NCBI RefSeq assembly: GCF_026210795.1
Contig: NC_089432.1
Coordinates: 496,001-560,000 of the forward strand
Origin: Rhizophagus irregularis
Lineage: Eukaryota
DNA length: 64,000 bases
Reading direction: 5' to 3'
Below, in pieces: positions 14,139 through 26,988 of this stretch. Numbering within the stretch: the first letter of the stretch is position 1; every line of letters begins with the position of its first letter. Made by a program: the position numbers and the translations under genes. Under the pieces are notes generated by a model. The model was not told where the DNA came from and made no database searches. It saw only the letters and a program-made list of their open reading frames with translations.

Positions 14139-14290
14139 GGAGTATCCGGACTTTTCGCTGAAGTCCAATTCACAGAAGCCCATTTTGCTGAAGCAAATTT
14201 CGCCGAAGGGATGTTTAACCGAAAATGCCATTTTCCCGAATAGAAATTTTACCGAAGGTCATTTTGCAAAAGCCATTCCGGCGAAGAAAC
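14139..14290 (+). repeat. Degenerate ~15-bp tandem repeats (cattttgccgaag-like), probably a DNA-transposon subterminal region
   Basis: About 9 imperfect units, e.g. cttttcgctgaag, cattttgctgaag, aatttcgccgaag, ttttaccgaag. No matching opposite end found. Confidence 0.5.
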
Positions 14291-15445
14291 TGGAGTTTGA
14301 ACCGGTTGCACAAACCCGGTTGTAAATTCGGTTTCCAACAATGATTCGGGTTCATATTTTTTGAACCATTGTCACGTGATCATTGTGATCGACATAAAAA
14401 TTCCTAATTCGGAATTTGTTAAATTACGTATAAAAAAATTGACCTAGAATTATGAATTTAGCTGAAATTATGGGTTGCTTTGTTAAAAATCGGGTTGCGA
14501 AAATATAAGGCGCAGTATTATATTTAGTTTAAGTGTTATAAAATTTTTAAGTATTTTATTTACTGCGGTCCGGAATGACGTAACGCCCGTAATTGGCGTT
14601 AAACTACTATTTCTTGTATGTTATTTTAAGTTGGTTATAATTTTGGGTAACGTAATTTTATTGGTTCCATCAATGAGATACTCATTTATAATATTTTCCC
14701 TGTGCCTTCGAAATCTTAATTAAGAAGCGAATACTTTTCAGAGAATTATTCGACCCCACGTAATTCCATACATAATTTTCTTACGATTCTTTTGCCTTTT
14801 TTTTATGGTGAAAAAGTTATTTTAACTAATGATTTATTAGATATAATGAGGGGAAACTATCGCATTTTTAATCTAGAATCTAAGAAATTATCTTTTATAG
14901 TTTATTAGAGTTAGTTTATTATATTATCATATTGCATGTGTAACTTGGGATATATAACCAAACGTAGAAGTCTCAATAAAAAAAATGAATTTTTTTCGGG
15001 TCATTTTTTCCGATGCACTGATCTGCATCAATAAATAGCAGTCACGTTTTCCAAATTCTTGAAAAAGTTTGTCGAATTTCACTGTGTTTTATAGTATACT
15101 AAACATACGCAACATTTTTATCGGCATGTTCTTCAATGAAATTGGTAGACAAATTGGTATGAATTGAATATTTTCACAAATAAAACTTAATAAAACTTAT
15201 ATATGGTGTGCAAAAATCAGTATACTAATATAATTACATTCAATAGTAATTTTTTTATGTCCTCAGAAATTTGACGATACTATAATAAATGATTATTATA
15301 AATTAAGAATCCTGCTGTTATACTCACAAATATACTTACAAATACGTAAATATGTAGCATTAAAAAAGATTTTTTTTTAAAAAAAAATTTCTGGGTATCA
15401 TGACTATCATTTGCTTAAAAAATAATTATATAGAATTAAATCTAT

Positions 15446-16624
15446 ACAGAACGGTCAGAACAAGGATCCGCTTAACAAAAGAAATGGATGAAATTTTCTT
15501 AAAAGGAGGATCAAATATTGCTCTAACAAAGAACGATCGGACGTACTTTTTTAGGATGTTGACGCCAAATTAAGTGCATCAGCGATTAAAAGAAGATATG
15601 AATGGCAAGCGTATAAAAAGTTAAATAAAGAAGAATCGGAGAAAAGAGATTATGAAGTTATTAAAGAATACAATAAAGTTTTAGGTGGACATTTTGTCAA
15701 AGTAATCAAATAGACAAGATCAAATATATTTTGATTTACTTTAACAACGAGTGTGATTTATTGAAGGCAATTTACAAGTCCACAATGGATGATGATTTGG
15801 GGAAAGGACTTCAAATGAAAAGTCAAGATGAGTTGATTGGTAAAGATGGTACTTATAAAAAAAGATTTGGGATAAATAGATTTAAAGTGCCAACGCAAAC
15901 AAAACGAAAAGATGAATTTGTTGACGCTCAATCTGATCCCATATCAACAATACCAAGAACTGAAGAAGAACATGAAGAGTTGGATAGCTTGAATAACAAT
16001 TTTAGTAATAGATTAGACAAAGTTAGCAAGATACCAAGCTTGCCAAATGAAAAAGGGAAGAAGAAAGAAGAAGATAAAGACAAGATTAACGAAAACAAAA
16101 AGCGCGTGGTGACAACTGAAAACACAGGGACGAAGGGAAGATTCCGATAGCGAATAAACAAATTTGTCCTGAAAATTTTAACAAATTTTAAGAAGATTCT
16201 TCGGAGGACAACGCCTGACTTTTGCCGTTACAAACGATGGATTGTTTGGTATTTCCATCAAAAGTGTAGTTATTGCGTTTTTTCTTTTTAAATGTAACAA
16301 AATTTTAATTTTTTTTGTTTAGCGTTAGCTTTTCTTTTAAGAAAATTTTTTAGTAAAAGTTTCTCAATTTAGAAAATCTTAAAAATCCAAAAAACATCGT
16401 AAAATTAGTTTAATTAGTAAGCGTAGATAAACAATAATTTTTAGATTTATAAACAATTTAGTTGGATCTTAAAAATTTTTTTTTTTTGTACGAATCCTTT
16501 AGTTATAGAGGGTAGATTAGTTTTAATTTGCTTTCTAAGTGTTTTAACATTTATGTAATTTGCTCTTTTTGTGTGATTATTTAAATAAATAAACGGTTAC
16601 TAATTGTAAAAAAAAAAAAATAAA
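15446..16624 (+). mobile_element. 5'-truncated, decayed ORF1-only non-LTR retrocopy
   Basis: 12-bp TSD AATTAAATCTAT (15434-15445 and 16625-16636); AATAAA then A-tail near 16608-16624. The frameshifted ORF (..FRMLTP/..IKRRYEWQAYKKL..GGHFVKVIK/..YILIYFNNECDLLKAI) aligns by eye to the second RRM-like region of the 27318-28829 protein; it stops at 16150 with no ORF2 after it. Confidence 0.7.
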
Positions 16625-17975
16625 AATTAAATCTATTTTTGATAAAAATACTAGATATCAAAAGTTACAATAAATGATTCCTTAATTTAGATTGGCCCTT
16701 GTGCTATTACATAATTCTAATTTTTGTATATTAATTAAATTTGAAAAAAAAATTCAAAAAATTCTAATGGCAAATAAAATTATAGGCATGTTTTATTATC
16801 CATTACGTAAACAATAATGCAGATCAATGAAATATAGCCCGAAGAAATATTCTTGCACAAATGGTTCTTTCTTTTTTTTTCAAATTTCTTCTTTTCTCTT
16901 TCGAAACATTTTTCTTTTTTTTTTTTTAAAATTTTTCGTTTTTCTCCTCTTTTTTTTCATTCTTTCCCGTTTAGATTTGGTTTTTTTTTCCAAAACCGAA
17001 AAATTATTATTATTTTTTTTCTATTAAACAAGTTAACATTAAACATGGCAGGGAGCTATAGTCATAGTATAATTAGAACTGTAATAATTCTGACTTTTTT
17101 TTTAATTAAGTTGATTTATACTACCATACAGTATCATAATTATGATAAATAGTTTTTAAGATTTAAAGAGAATTTCTAAATTTTAACTGGTGGAAAAATT
17201 ACTGGTAGATCATGTGATTGTGTATTAAATATTCATGTGATTTATTATGATGATGCAATTTCATTTGGCTCGCTTCGCTCGCCGGGTTTTTCTAGCCAAA
17301 CCATAACTTTCACTTTATTTGCAAAATTTTTGATTATATTTAACATATCTATAAAAAAATTGAGAAAATTACTCTTAACTAGCTATTAACATAATTTTTT
17401 TCTCATTTGGTAAAGGATGATCATTTTCGGTTTATTTTGCTTGTTAATCATTTTTGGCTTAGTTATTTCACTTGTTAATCATTTTAAGGTTAATTATCTT
17501 GATTGTTGTTTATTTTTTGGTTCAAAAATAAAAAAATATATATATCAGAATATGTGATTAACTTTAAATAATAATACAGAAAGATTGTTTATTACTTGAT
17601 AAAGCATCATTTAAAATTTACTATCATCATTTTTGGAATTATGGCTCTGGAAAAAAATTTTTCACGATTACATTGTAATAAAACAATTCTACTATCCGAT
17701 TGTTGATCATTTTTAGTTCTGGAAAAATTACGATAATTGAACATCATAATACTAATAAGACAATGATAATGAAATTTTACCATTTGGTTGTTGTTTATTG
17801 TTTTGTTTCAAAATAAAAAATTACTTGATATAACATTTATTTAAATTTTATCATCCAATTGTTGAGAAAAAAAAATTTTATGATAACATTATAATAAAAC
17901 AACAATTATATTATCCGATTGTTAATCATTTTTAGAATTACTACCCTGAAAAAATTTTCATGATAGCATTATAAC

Positions 17976-18872
17976 TAAAGTTGCCTGCCAAAACTCTACA
18001 GGCTATTGTCGAAATGTCGAAACTAAAACCTGTAGAAATGCCGAAATGCCGAAATAGTTTCGACATGTCAAAATTGTCGAAACCTAAAAATATTACGTTT
18101 CACGTAATAACTCGGCATCCAATGATCGTAGAAAGATGCGCCATAGCTCGTTGGAATCGTCTCATAACGACGAGTCGAATGGTGGTTAGATCGTCTTTCT
18201 ACGATCACTGGATGCCGAGATATTGAGCGAAACGTCAAAAATCGGCATTTTGTATTTTACGATACTGCGCCATTTGACGTTTCACTTAATAACTCGGCGT
18301 CCAATGATCGTAGAAAGATGCACCATAGCTCGTTGGAATCGTCTCATAACGACGATTCGAATAGTGGTTAAATCATCTTTCTACGATCATTGGATGCCGA
18401 GATAATAGACGAAACGTCAAACGGCGCAGTAGCGCAAAATACAAAATGCCGATTTTTGACGTTTCGCTCAATATCTCGGCATCCAGTGATCGTAGAAAGA
18501 CGATCTAACCACCATTCGACTCGTCGTTATGAGACGATTCCAACGAGCTATGGTGCATCTTTCTACGATCATTGGATGCCGACATATTAAGTGAAACGTC
18601 AAATGGCGCAGTATCGTAAAATACAAAATGCCGATTTTTGACGTTTCGCTCAATATCTCGGCATCCAGTGATCGTAGAAAGACGATCTAACCACCATTCG
18701 ACTCGTCGTTATGAGACGATTCCAACGAGCTATGGTGCATCTTTCTACGATCATTGGACGCCGAGTTATTACGTGAAACGTAATATTTTTAGGTTTCGAC
18801 AATTTTGACATGTCAAAATAGTTTTGACAATTTTGACATGCCGAAACTCCCTAATTTCGGCAGGCAACTTTA
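17976..18872. mobile_element. Non-autonomous hAT-type element with an internal fold-back (palindromic) structure
   Basis: TIRs TAAAGTTGCCTGCC...GGCAGGCAACTTTA fit the hAT YARNG consensus; 8-bp TSD ATTATAAC (17968-17975 and 18873-18880); four ~110-bp modules, two forward and two reverse. Confidence 0.9.
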
Positions 18873-20450
18873 ATTATAACGATAATGTAATGACGACGAT
18901 AATGAAAATTTACCATTTGATTATTGTTTATTTTTTGGTTCAAAATAAAAAAAAAATGTATCTATATTTAAATAAGTAATACAAACAAATTGTTTATTTA
19001 CATAATATTAATATTTGTCATCCGGTTGTTGATCATTTTTGGCTAACAAAAAAATTATTCAGTTTTGACATGATTTGCTAAAAATTTTATCCCATAATTT
19101 TTAAGCAAGAAAGATCATTCTATATAAGTGCAATATCACCCTATGGGTGGGTGGGTGGCGCGTCACGTTATTGTTATGACTTGAAATGATTGACATGTCA
19201 TGATAGGTTAACGTTAACTTAACGTTAACATAAGATTAGTTTTTGAGTGATTTCCATTTTAAGATGCTGATCCCCCATCTTTGGTATTGATTTGCTGATT
19301 ATATAAATACATTTCAAATCAAGCTTTTCTATTTTAGTACGATCGGCAACCAACAAATCTTTTAGTGTTTTAATAATCTTTTAAGACATTATTTTTTCGG
19401 TCTTTTTGGACCAAATTATTGTCTTTTTTTTCAGAATTTTTTTCGGTACTTAATTTTTTTTTAAAACCGATTTCTTTCTTTATATTTTTTCTTTTCCCTC
19501 AAATTTTTTTTTCTTTTTCTTTCGAATTTTTTTTTATTTTTTCTTTCTTTTTCCTTTTCGGTTTCTTTTTTCAACCCGATTTTTCTCTTTGTTTCTTCCC
19601 ACAAATTTTTTTTTCATTTTTATTTTTTTTTCATTTTTATTTTTTTCGAATTTTTATCATTTTTTTTTTCCCCGAATACATTCTTTCACCATTTAGGTTT
19701 GGATCAGTGATCAGATCAATGTTGCGACGCCACTACAATTGCATTTTTTCCTGATTCTTATTATTAATATTATTTTTTTGTATCAAGCTCAATAAGGCGA
19801 CACAAAGTGGTAAAAATGGTTTTCATAGTCCGGCCGGGTCAGTTTTGTTAAGTCTTAAAAAAAAATTTTTTATATTATTACTATGCCGGGTGAGAATTTT
19901 TTAAAAATTGAAAAAAAATTTCGCATATAAAATTTTTGAAAAAAAAAATTAAAAGCCGGGTTGCCGGGTTATTGATGAAATTTTTATATTATGAAAACCA
20001 TAAAATCAAGTTTGTATGGCCTAATATACTAGCATAATTACTTATTTATTCAATTTTTGTAACAATGATCGTTATAATTAACTTTTCTGGGGAATTTTTT
20101 TTTCATATTAATTAGTGAGATATTTTTTTTCTAGAGGATGTAATTTTTTTTAATGCTACAATGGAATTTTTAAGATAAAAAAAAAATTTTTTTTTGTAAC
20201 AATGTAATGAATTTGTAAATTTACAGTACCGCAACATTTGTGATAAATAAAATTTGCAAATAATAATATTTCATATACTACTGCATAACACTTCACATAA
20301 TTCATTGTTATTTGTATAATCATATAAATTGTGTAATTTATTACATTTATTCCCTATTAATCCCATCATAATAATAGTAACTATTCACACTGCATGGCAA
20401 ATAAAATATAAGTGTGTTATTATTACTCTCTTACTTGATGGACAAGTGTC

Positions 20451-20483
20451 AACCCCGGCGCAACGCGACGGGTTACACTTAGT
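20451..20483 (+). mobile_element. Helitron-like 3' terminus (GC hairpin followed by CT(T)AG-T)
   Basis: accccggcgcaacgcgacgggt-tacacttagt. A second similar end lies at 17267-17295 (ggctcgcttcgctcgcc..tctag). No 5' ends identified. Confidence 0.4.
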
Positions 20484-21474
20484 TATTTTAAAAATAAACT
20501 GCGGCATTTTGTCTGATAGTACAGTATCTAGAATTTTTGTATGTTTATTTAACTTTAGTATGTAATTTTATATGTAATAATATAGTAATATAGGAATTTA
20601 TATAACATTTAATAGTAATCATATAAGTATATAGTAATTACATTATTTCAGTTATTTTGTAACAATGTAGCATTATTTGTTCAATAACAATTTTAATCTA
20701 AATTTATCATGATAACAACGACCCTTCTAAACTTATAGCAATTTTTTAAACAACTAATTAGAATTTCCAAATTATATTCCAAACTAATTCTAAACTTCTA
20801 AGCTAGTAATTTTAAATTACTAAACTAATTTTAAACTTTCTGATTGGTTTATATAATGCAGATAGATATTATATAAATATTATATCATAGTTTAAAATTA
20901 AGGGCTCATCAAATAAAATCAAGTAGTTAGTATCTGCCGGATGAATATCATGATCACCTACTTCAAAATCATATGGTCTTTCATCAGATTCACCTATATA
21001 ATTTTTATTATCTAAATAATCTAATTGATTTATACCATGTCGATCAAATCTTCAATTATTTTGTTAGTAATATTTTCAGAGATACCATCAATATTATCAT
21101 CAAATTTTTAAATATAACTAATGATATTAAAAGTATTAGATGTTGATGATAATCATTAATGTTGTCACTTAAAAATAACATGTGTCATTTTATTATCATT
21201 TGTCATTTACAAATGACATTTTTTTTAAATGATATAATTCTTATGTCATCAAGAATAATTAGTGTTTCGATCCGGATAGAAACCAAATTCGGATAAGATT
21301 ATATACTGTATAAGAAAATTTTTCATCAATTGATCTTAACAAATAAATTGTCGAAATTAAAATTTTATTTTATTTAAACTAGAGTAACTTGGTAATTATT
21401 AGTGAGTTATAATCATTATACTGTCAGATTGACTCGAAAATTTTGGGTCGGGTCATCAAACGTTTTTATAATTA

Positions 21475-22530
21475 AATATAAAAAAAATTGATTTTTTTAT
21501 TAAAAACGTCAGACTTGACGTTTTTATGATTAAAAAAACATTTTTTACGTTAGATTTGATTAAAAATCAAAAAAAATTGATTTTTTTGGTTAAAAACGTA
21601 AGACTTGGCGTTTTTGTAATTAAAAAATCAAAAAAAAATGATTTTATTAATTAAAAATGTCAGACTCGACGTTTTTGTAATTAAAAAATCAAAAAAATGT
21701 TTTTTTTTATTAAAAACGTCAGACATGACATTTTTGTGATTAAAAATAAAAAAAAATGATTTTTTTAGTTAAAAAATGTCAGACTTGACGTTTTTGTAAT
21801 TAAAAAATCAAAAAAATGACTTTTTTAGTTGAAAAACGTCAGGCTTGACGTTTTTGTAATTAAAAAATCAAAAAAATGACATTTTTAGTTGAAAAACGTC
21901 AGGCTTGACGTTTTTGTAATTAATAAATCAAAAAAATGACATTTTTAGTTGAAAAACGTCAGGCTTGACGTTTTTGTAATTAAAAAATCAAAAAAATGAC
22001 ATTTTTAGTTGAAAAACGTCAGGCTTGACGTTTTTGTAATTAAAAAATCAAAAAAATGACTTTTTTAGTTGAAAAACGTCAGACTTGACGTTTTTGTAAT
22101 TAAAAAATCAAAAAAATGATTTTTTTAATTAAAAATGTCAGACTTGACGTTTTTGTGATTAAAAATCAAAAAAAATATTGGTTTTTTTTAATTAAAAATG
22201 TCAGACTTGATGTTTTTGTGATTAAAAATCAAAAAAATATTGATTTTTTAATTAAAAACGTCAGACTTGGCATTTTGTAATTAAAAAATCAAAAAAAAAT
22301 AATTTTTTTGATTAAAAACGTTAGACTTGACGTTATTGTAATTAAAAAATCAAAAAAAATGATTTTTTTGATTAAAAACGTCAGACTTGACGTTTTTGTG
22401 ATTAAAAAATCAAAAAAATGATTTTTTTAATTAAAAAACGTCAGACTTTGACATTTTTGTGATTAAAAAATAAAAATCAAAAAAATATTGGTTTTTTTAA
22501 TTAAAAACGTCAGTCTTGACATTTTTTGTT
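21475..22530 (+). repeat. ~60-bp tandem satellite array (about 17 units)
   Basis: Unit: aaaaacgtcagacttgacgtttttgtaattaaaaaatcaaaaaaatgatttttt; the core is near-palindromic. Confidence 0.95.
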
Positions 22531-22846
22531 AAAAAAATAAAAAATGAAGAAAAAACGTTTTTGCGTTATTTTTTTTATAATTTTATATGGAAAAATGCCA
22601 AAATGTTTTTTTCTTAATAGTAATGCAAAAAAAAAAGTTTTTGGCATTTTTTTTAATAATATTATATGAAAAAACGCTGAAACGTTTTTTTTACAATTTT
22701 TTTATTATTTTGCAATATTTTATGAAATTTTAATGATCAACAAAAAAATGAAATTATGCAAATATTGAATGATGCAACAATTTAACAGGGACTTTTAGTG
22801 GCACAGGAAGAGTTTTTGCGAAAAGTTGGCATTAGAAGTTTTTTTC

Positions 22847-22927
22847 ATTGACATTGTCATTGACATTGACATTGACATTGACATTGACATTGTCACTGAC
22901 ATTGACATTGTCATTGACATTGACATT
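22847..22927 (+). repeat. (GACATT)n microsatellite
   Basis: About 13 hexamer units read directly. Confidence 0.9.
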
Positions 22928-23096
22928 TACATAAAGTTATATAAGATTAATCTGAGTGTTTTTTACCAAAAAGGAAATTTTTTTATAAAAAGGGAAATAA
23001 TTTTCAATTTCGAGGCAATTCAGCAGGTGTTTTAATAACAAATTGAGAAATGATTTCCATAGAAAATCTCGTGACAAAATTTATAATAAATTTAAC

Positions 23097-25341
23097 TAGT
23101 GTACTTTTGGATATAGTGAGTGAGTTTTATACTAATACTACTAATAAATTAATAAAAGATTTTTTTATAACAATAGATTGTGTTTAGTGAGATTTATAAA
23201 AAATTTAATGAGATTTTTTTTTAGTAATAGTTTGGTATAAAAAAATTTTCTGGGATTTTTTTTAATAACAATATGTTGATAGTAGACAATTAACTTGTTA
23301 ATAATTGTTTTTTAGTAAGATTTTTTTATAGTTCACAGTAACACTAATATTACTAGTAAGTAATATAAATGAAAGATTTTTATAACAATAGATTACATTT
23401 AATAAGGTTAATAAAAAAATTTTCTGAGATTTATTTTAATAACAATAGGTATGATAAATTTTTGGTGATTATTTTTTTTAGTAACAATAGATTGGTAATA
23501 GACAATAAAAAATGTTGTGAAAACATTAAAAACTGAACTGATAATGAATTGGTAAATCAGATCAGTTTTGGTCACAGTAATAATTGTCTATTACCAATCT
23601 ATTGCTACTAAAAAAAAATCACCAAAAATTTTATCATATCTATTGTTATTTAAATAAATCCCAGAAAATTTTATATATTGTACTATACTAATTTGTCATA
23701 AAAAAATTCCAGAAACTGATCTATTATATTAATAAAAAATCTAAAAAATTTTTTATATCTCTCCATTATAATATAGTACTGATCTGTTGTTATCAAAAAA
23801 ATTTTTTATATTGATTTATTGACTCTATTGTTAAAAAAAAATTCAGAAAATATATTTATATCAATCTATTATTAAAAAAAAAGTTAAAATTTTTTTATAT
23901 CTATTCATTGTACTATACCAATCTATTGTTATTAAAAAAAGTCTCAGTAAATTTTTTGTATTGATCTATTGTTATTAAAAAAAATCTCCCAAAATTTTTT
24001 TTATATGTCATTAAATATAATCTATTTATAAAAAATCTTTTATTAACTCATTAAACTAACTATTAATACCTATTAGTAGTAGTATTACTGGAAAAAATCT
24101 TACTAAAAAACAATTATTAATTGAACAAATTAATAATCAGTTGTCTATTACCAATCTATTGTTATTAAAAAAAATCACAAAAAAATTTATTAAATTAGTC
24201 CATTGTACTATACCTATCTATTGTTATTAAAATAATCCCAGAAAATTTTATATCTAGTAACTATTGTACTATACCAATCTAGTATTGTTATTAAAAAAAA
24301 AATCCTTAAAATTTTTTATTTCTATCCATTATACCATACTGATCTATTGTTATTAAAAAAAATCCAGAAAATTTTATACTGATATAATGACTTATTGCTA
24401 AAAAAAAATCCCAGAAAATATATTCATATCAATCTATTATTAAAAAAAAGAATTCAGAAATATTTTTTTATATCTATACATTGTATTATACCAATCTGTT
24501 ATTATTAAAATAGATCCCAGAAAATTTTATTATATCCATCTATTGTACTATACCATTCTATTATATCTCAAAAAATTTTTTTATTAACCTTATTAAATGT
24601 AATTAAAATCTTTTATTATCATTACTTATTAGTAATATTAGTGTTACTATGTTGAAGATAGGGCCATCTGGCTAAGATAACGCATTACAAATGTTGTCTA
24701 CCTACTGAGTCTAACGATCACTCGACAGTGCACACGTGGGGTACTATACGTATGACGAGATGTTTGTAGTTTAATTATATTAGAGTAGCTTTTAGAATCA
24801 TACTATGTATACATATTCTTTTATTTTTCTACTTTAATAAAACTGCAAATGCGCTGCGATTAAAAAAAAAAAGTAATATTAGTGTTACTGTGAACTGTAA
24901 AAAAATTATTAACTTCCGTTAATAAGTTACCAATCTATTGTAATTAAAAAATAAATCACAGAAAATTTTTATTATGTCTATCTATTGTGCTATACCAATA
25001 TATTGTTATTAAGGAAGAATTCCAAAAAAAATTTATTATATCATCTATTATATGATACCAATTTACTGTTATTAAAAACAAATTCCAAAAAATTTATTAC
25101 ATCTATTTATTGTATAGTTAACCCTATTGTACTATTATTACTATGCTGATATATCGTTATTAAAAAAAAATTCTAGAAAATTTTTTATACAAAGCTATTC
25201 TTATTAAAAAAAATTTCATAAAATTTTTTCATAAATCTCACTAAACACAATCTATTGTTATAAAAAAATCTTTTATTAATTTATTAGTAGTATTAGTATG
25301 CTTTTAAAATAAACTCACCCATTATATCCAAAAGTACACTA
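23097..25341. mobile_element. AT-rich fold-back element with long TIRs and internal degenerate repeats
   Basis: tagtgtacttttggatata (23097) pairs with tatatccaaaagtacacta (ending 25341). The inverted match extends inward (taacaatagattgtgtttagtgagattt vs aaatctcactaaacacaatctattgtta); many atctattgttattaaaaa units. Confidence 0.7.
24649..24871 (+). mobile_element. Short poly-A retroposed insert (SINE-like or 3' end of a LINE)
   Basis: 18-bp TSD AGTAATATTAGTGTTACT (24631-24648 and 24872-24889); AATAAA followed by an A-run. The empty site is present on the opposite arm at ~23331-23364. Confidence 0.85.
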
Positions 25342-25344
25342 ATA

Positions 25345-26745
25345 TAATTAAAAAAAAATCATTTTTTTTTTAATTTTTAATAACAAAAACGTCAAGTCTG
25401 GCGTTTTTAATTAAAAAAATATTTTTTTTTGATTTTAATAACAAAAAACGTCAAGTCTGACGTTTTTAATTAAAAAAATCACTTTTTTTTTGATTTTTAA
25501 TAACAAAAAACGTCAAGTCTGACGTTTTTAATTAAAAAAAAATATTTTTTTTGATTTTTAATAACAAAAAACGTCAAGTCTGACGTTTTTAATTAAAAAA
25601 AATATTTTTTTTTGATTTTTAACAACAAAAAACGTCAAGTCTGACGTTTTTAATTAAAAAAAATATTTTTTTTTGATTTTTAATAACAAAAAACGTCAAG
25701 TCTGACGTTTTTAATTAAAAAAATCACTTTTTTTTGATTTTTAATAACAAAAAACGTCAAGTCTGACGTTTTTAATTAAAAAAAATATTTTTTTTTGATT
25801 TTTAACAACAAAAAACGTCAAGTCTGACGTTTTTAATTAAAAAAAATATTTTTTTTTGATTTTTAATAACAAAAAACGTCAAGTCTGACGTTTTTAATTA
25901 AAAAAAATATTTTTTTTTGATTTTTAATAACAAAAAACGTCAAGTCTGACGTTTTTAATTAAAAAAAATATTTTTTTTTGATTTTTAATAACAAAAAACG
26001 TCAAGTCTGACGTTTTTAATTAAAAAAAATATTTTTTTTTGATTTTTAATAACAAAAAACGTCAAGTCTGACGTTTTTAATTAAAAAAAATATTTTTTTT
26101 GATTTTTAACAACAAAAAACGTCAAGTCTGACGTTTTTAATTAAAAAAAATATTTTTTTTTGATTTTTAATAACAAAAAACGTCAAGTCTGACGTTTTTA
26201 ATTAAAAAAAATATTTTTTTTTGATTTTTAATAACAAAAAACGTCAAGTCTGACGTTTTTAATTAAAAAAAATATTTTTTTTTGATTTTTAATAACAAAA
26301 AACGTCAAGTCTGACGTTTTTAATTAAAAAAAATATTTTTTTTGATTTTTAACAACAAAAAACGTCAAGTCTGACGTTTTTAATTAAAAAAATCACTTTT
26401 TTTTGATTTTTAATAACAAAAAACGTCAAGTCTGACGTTTTTAATTAAAAAAAATATTTTTTTTGATTTTTAACAACAAAAAACGTCAAGTCTGACGTTT
26501 TTAATTAAAATATATATTTTTTTTTTTGATTTTTAATAACAAAAAACGTCAAGTCTGACGTTTTTAATTAAAAAAAAATCATTTTTTTTGATTTTAATAA
26601 CAAAAAACGTCAAGTCTGACATTTTTGATTAATAAAATCATTTTTTATTTTGATTTTTAATAACAAAAAACGTCAAGTCTGACTTTTTTAATTAAAAAAT
26701 TTAATTTTTTTTTGTTTTTTAATCAAGTTTTTGACATTTTTAATT
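25345..26745 (-). repeat. ~60-bp tandem satellite array, inverted relative to 21475-22530 (about 22 units, highly homogeneous)
   Basis: Unit aaaaaacgtcaagtctgacgtttttaattaaaaaaaatatttttttttgatttttaataac is the reverse complement of the first array's unit. Confidence 0.95.
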
Positions 26746-26940
26746 AAAAAAAAATAAAATTTTCACATTTTAATAAAAAATGATCAACATACTATTTCAT
26801 GATCTGTCAAGTTAACATTCTTTTTGAGCAGCACAGTTAAACTCAGCGCAAAAAGTTTCCATAGTGAATGTTCACTTTCTCTGTACATGTACATGTACAT
26901 GTTCATGTTCTTGCTCTTGTACTTGTACATGTACATGTAC

Positions 26941-26943
<3 letters not shown>

Positions 26944-26988
<45 letters not shown>

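Noticed and set aside
17981..18653. Four short ORFs with similar sequences on both strands
   Set aside because: By-products of the repeated palindromic module in the hAT element.
16827..19754. Phe-rich ORFs (16827, 16853, 19419; likewise 45555, 45665)
   Set aside because: They arise from T-rich low-complexity tracts inside repeats.
21475..26745. CRISPR-like look of the regularly spaced palindromic repeats
   Set aside because: The intervening sequences are near-identical rather than unique spacers, there are no cas genes, and the context is eukaryotic; these are satellites.
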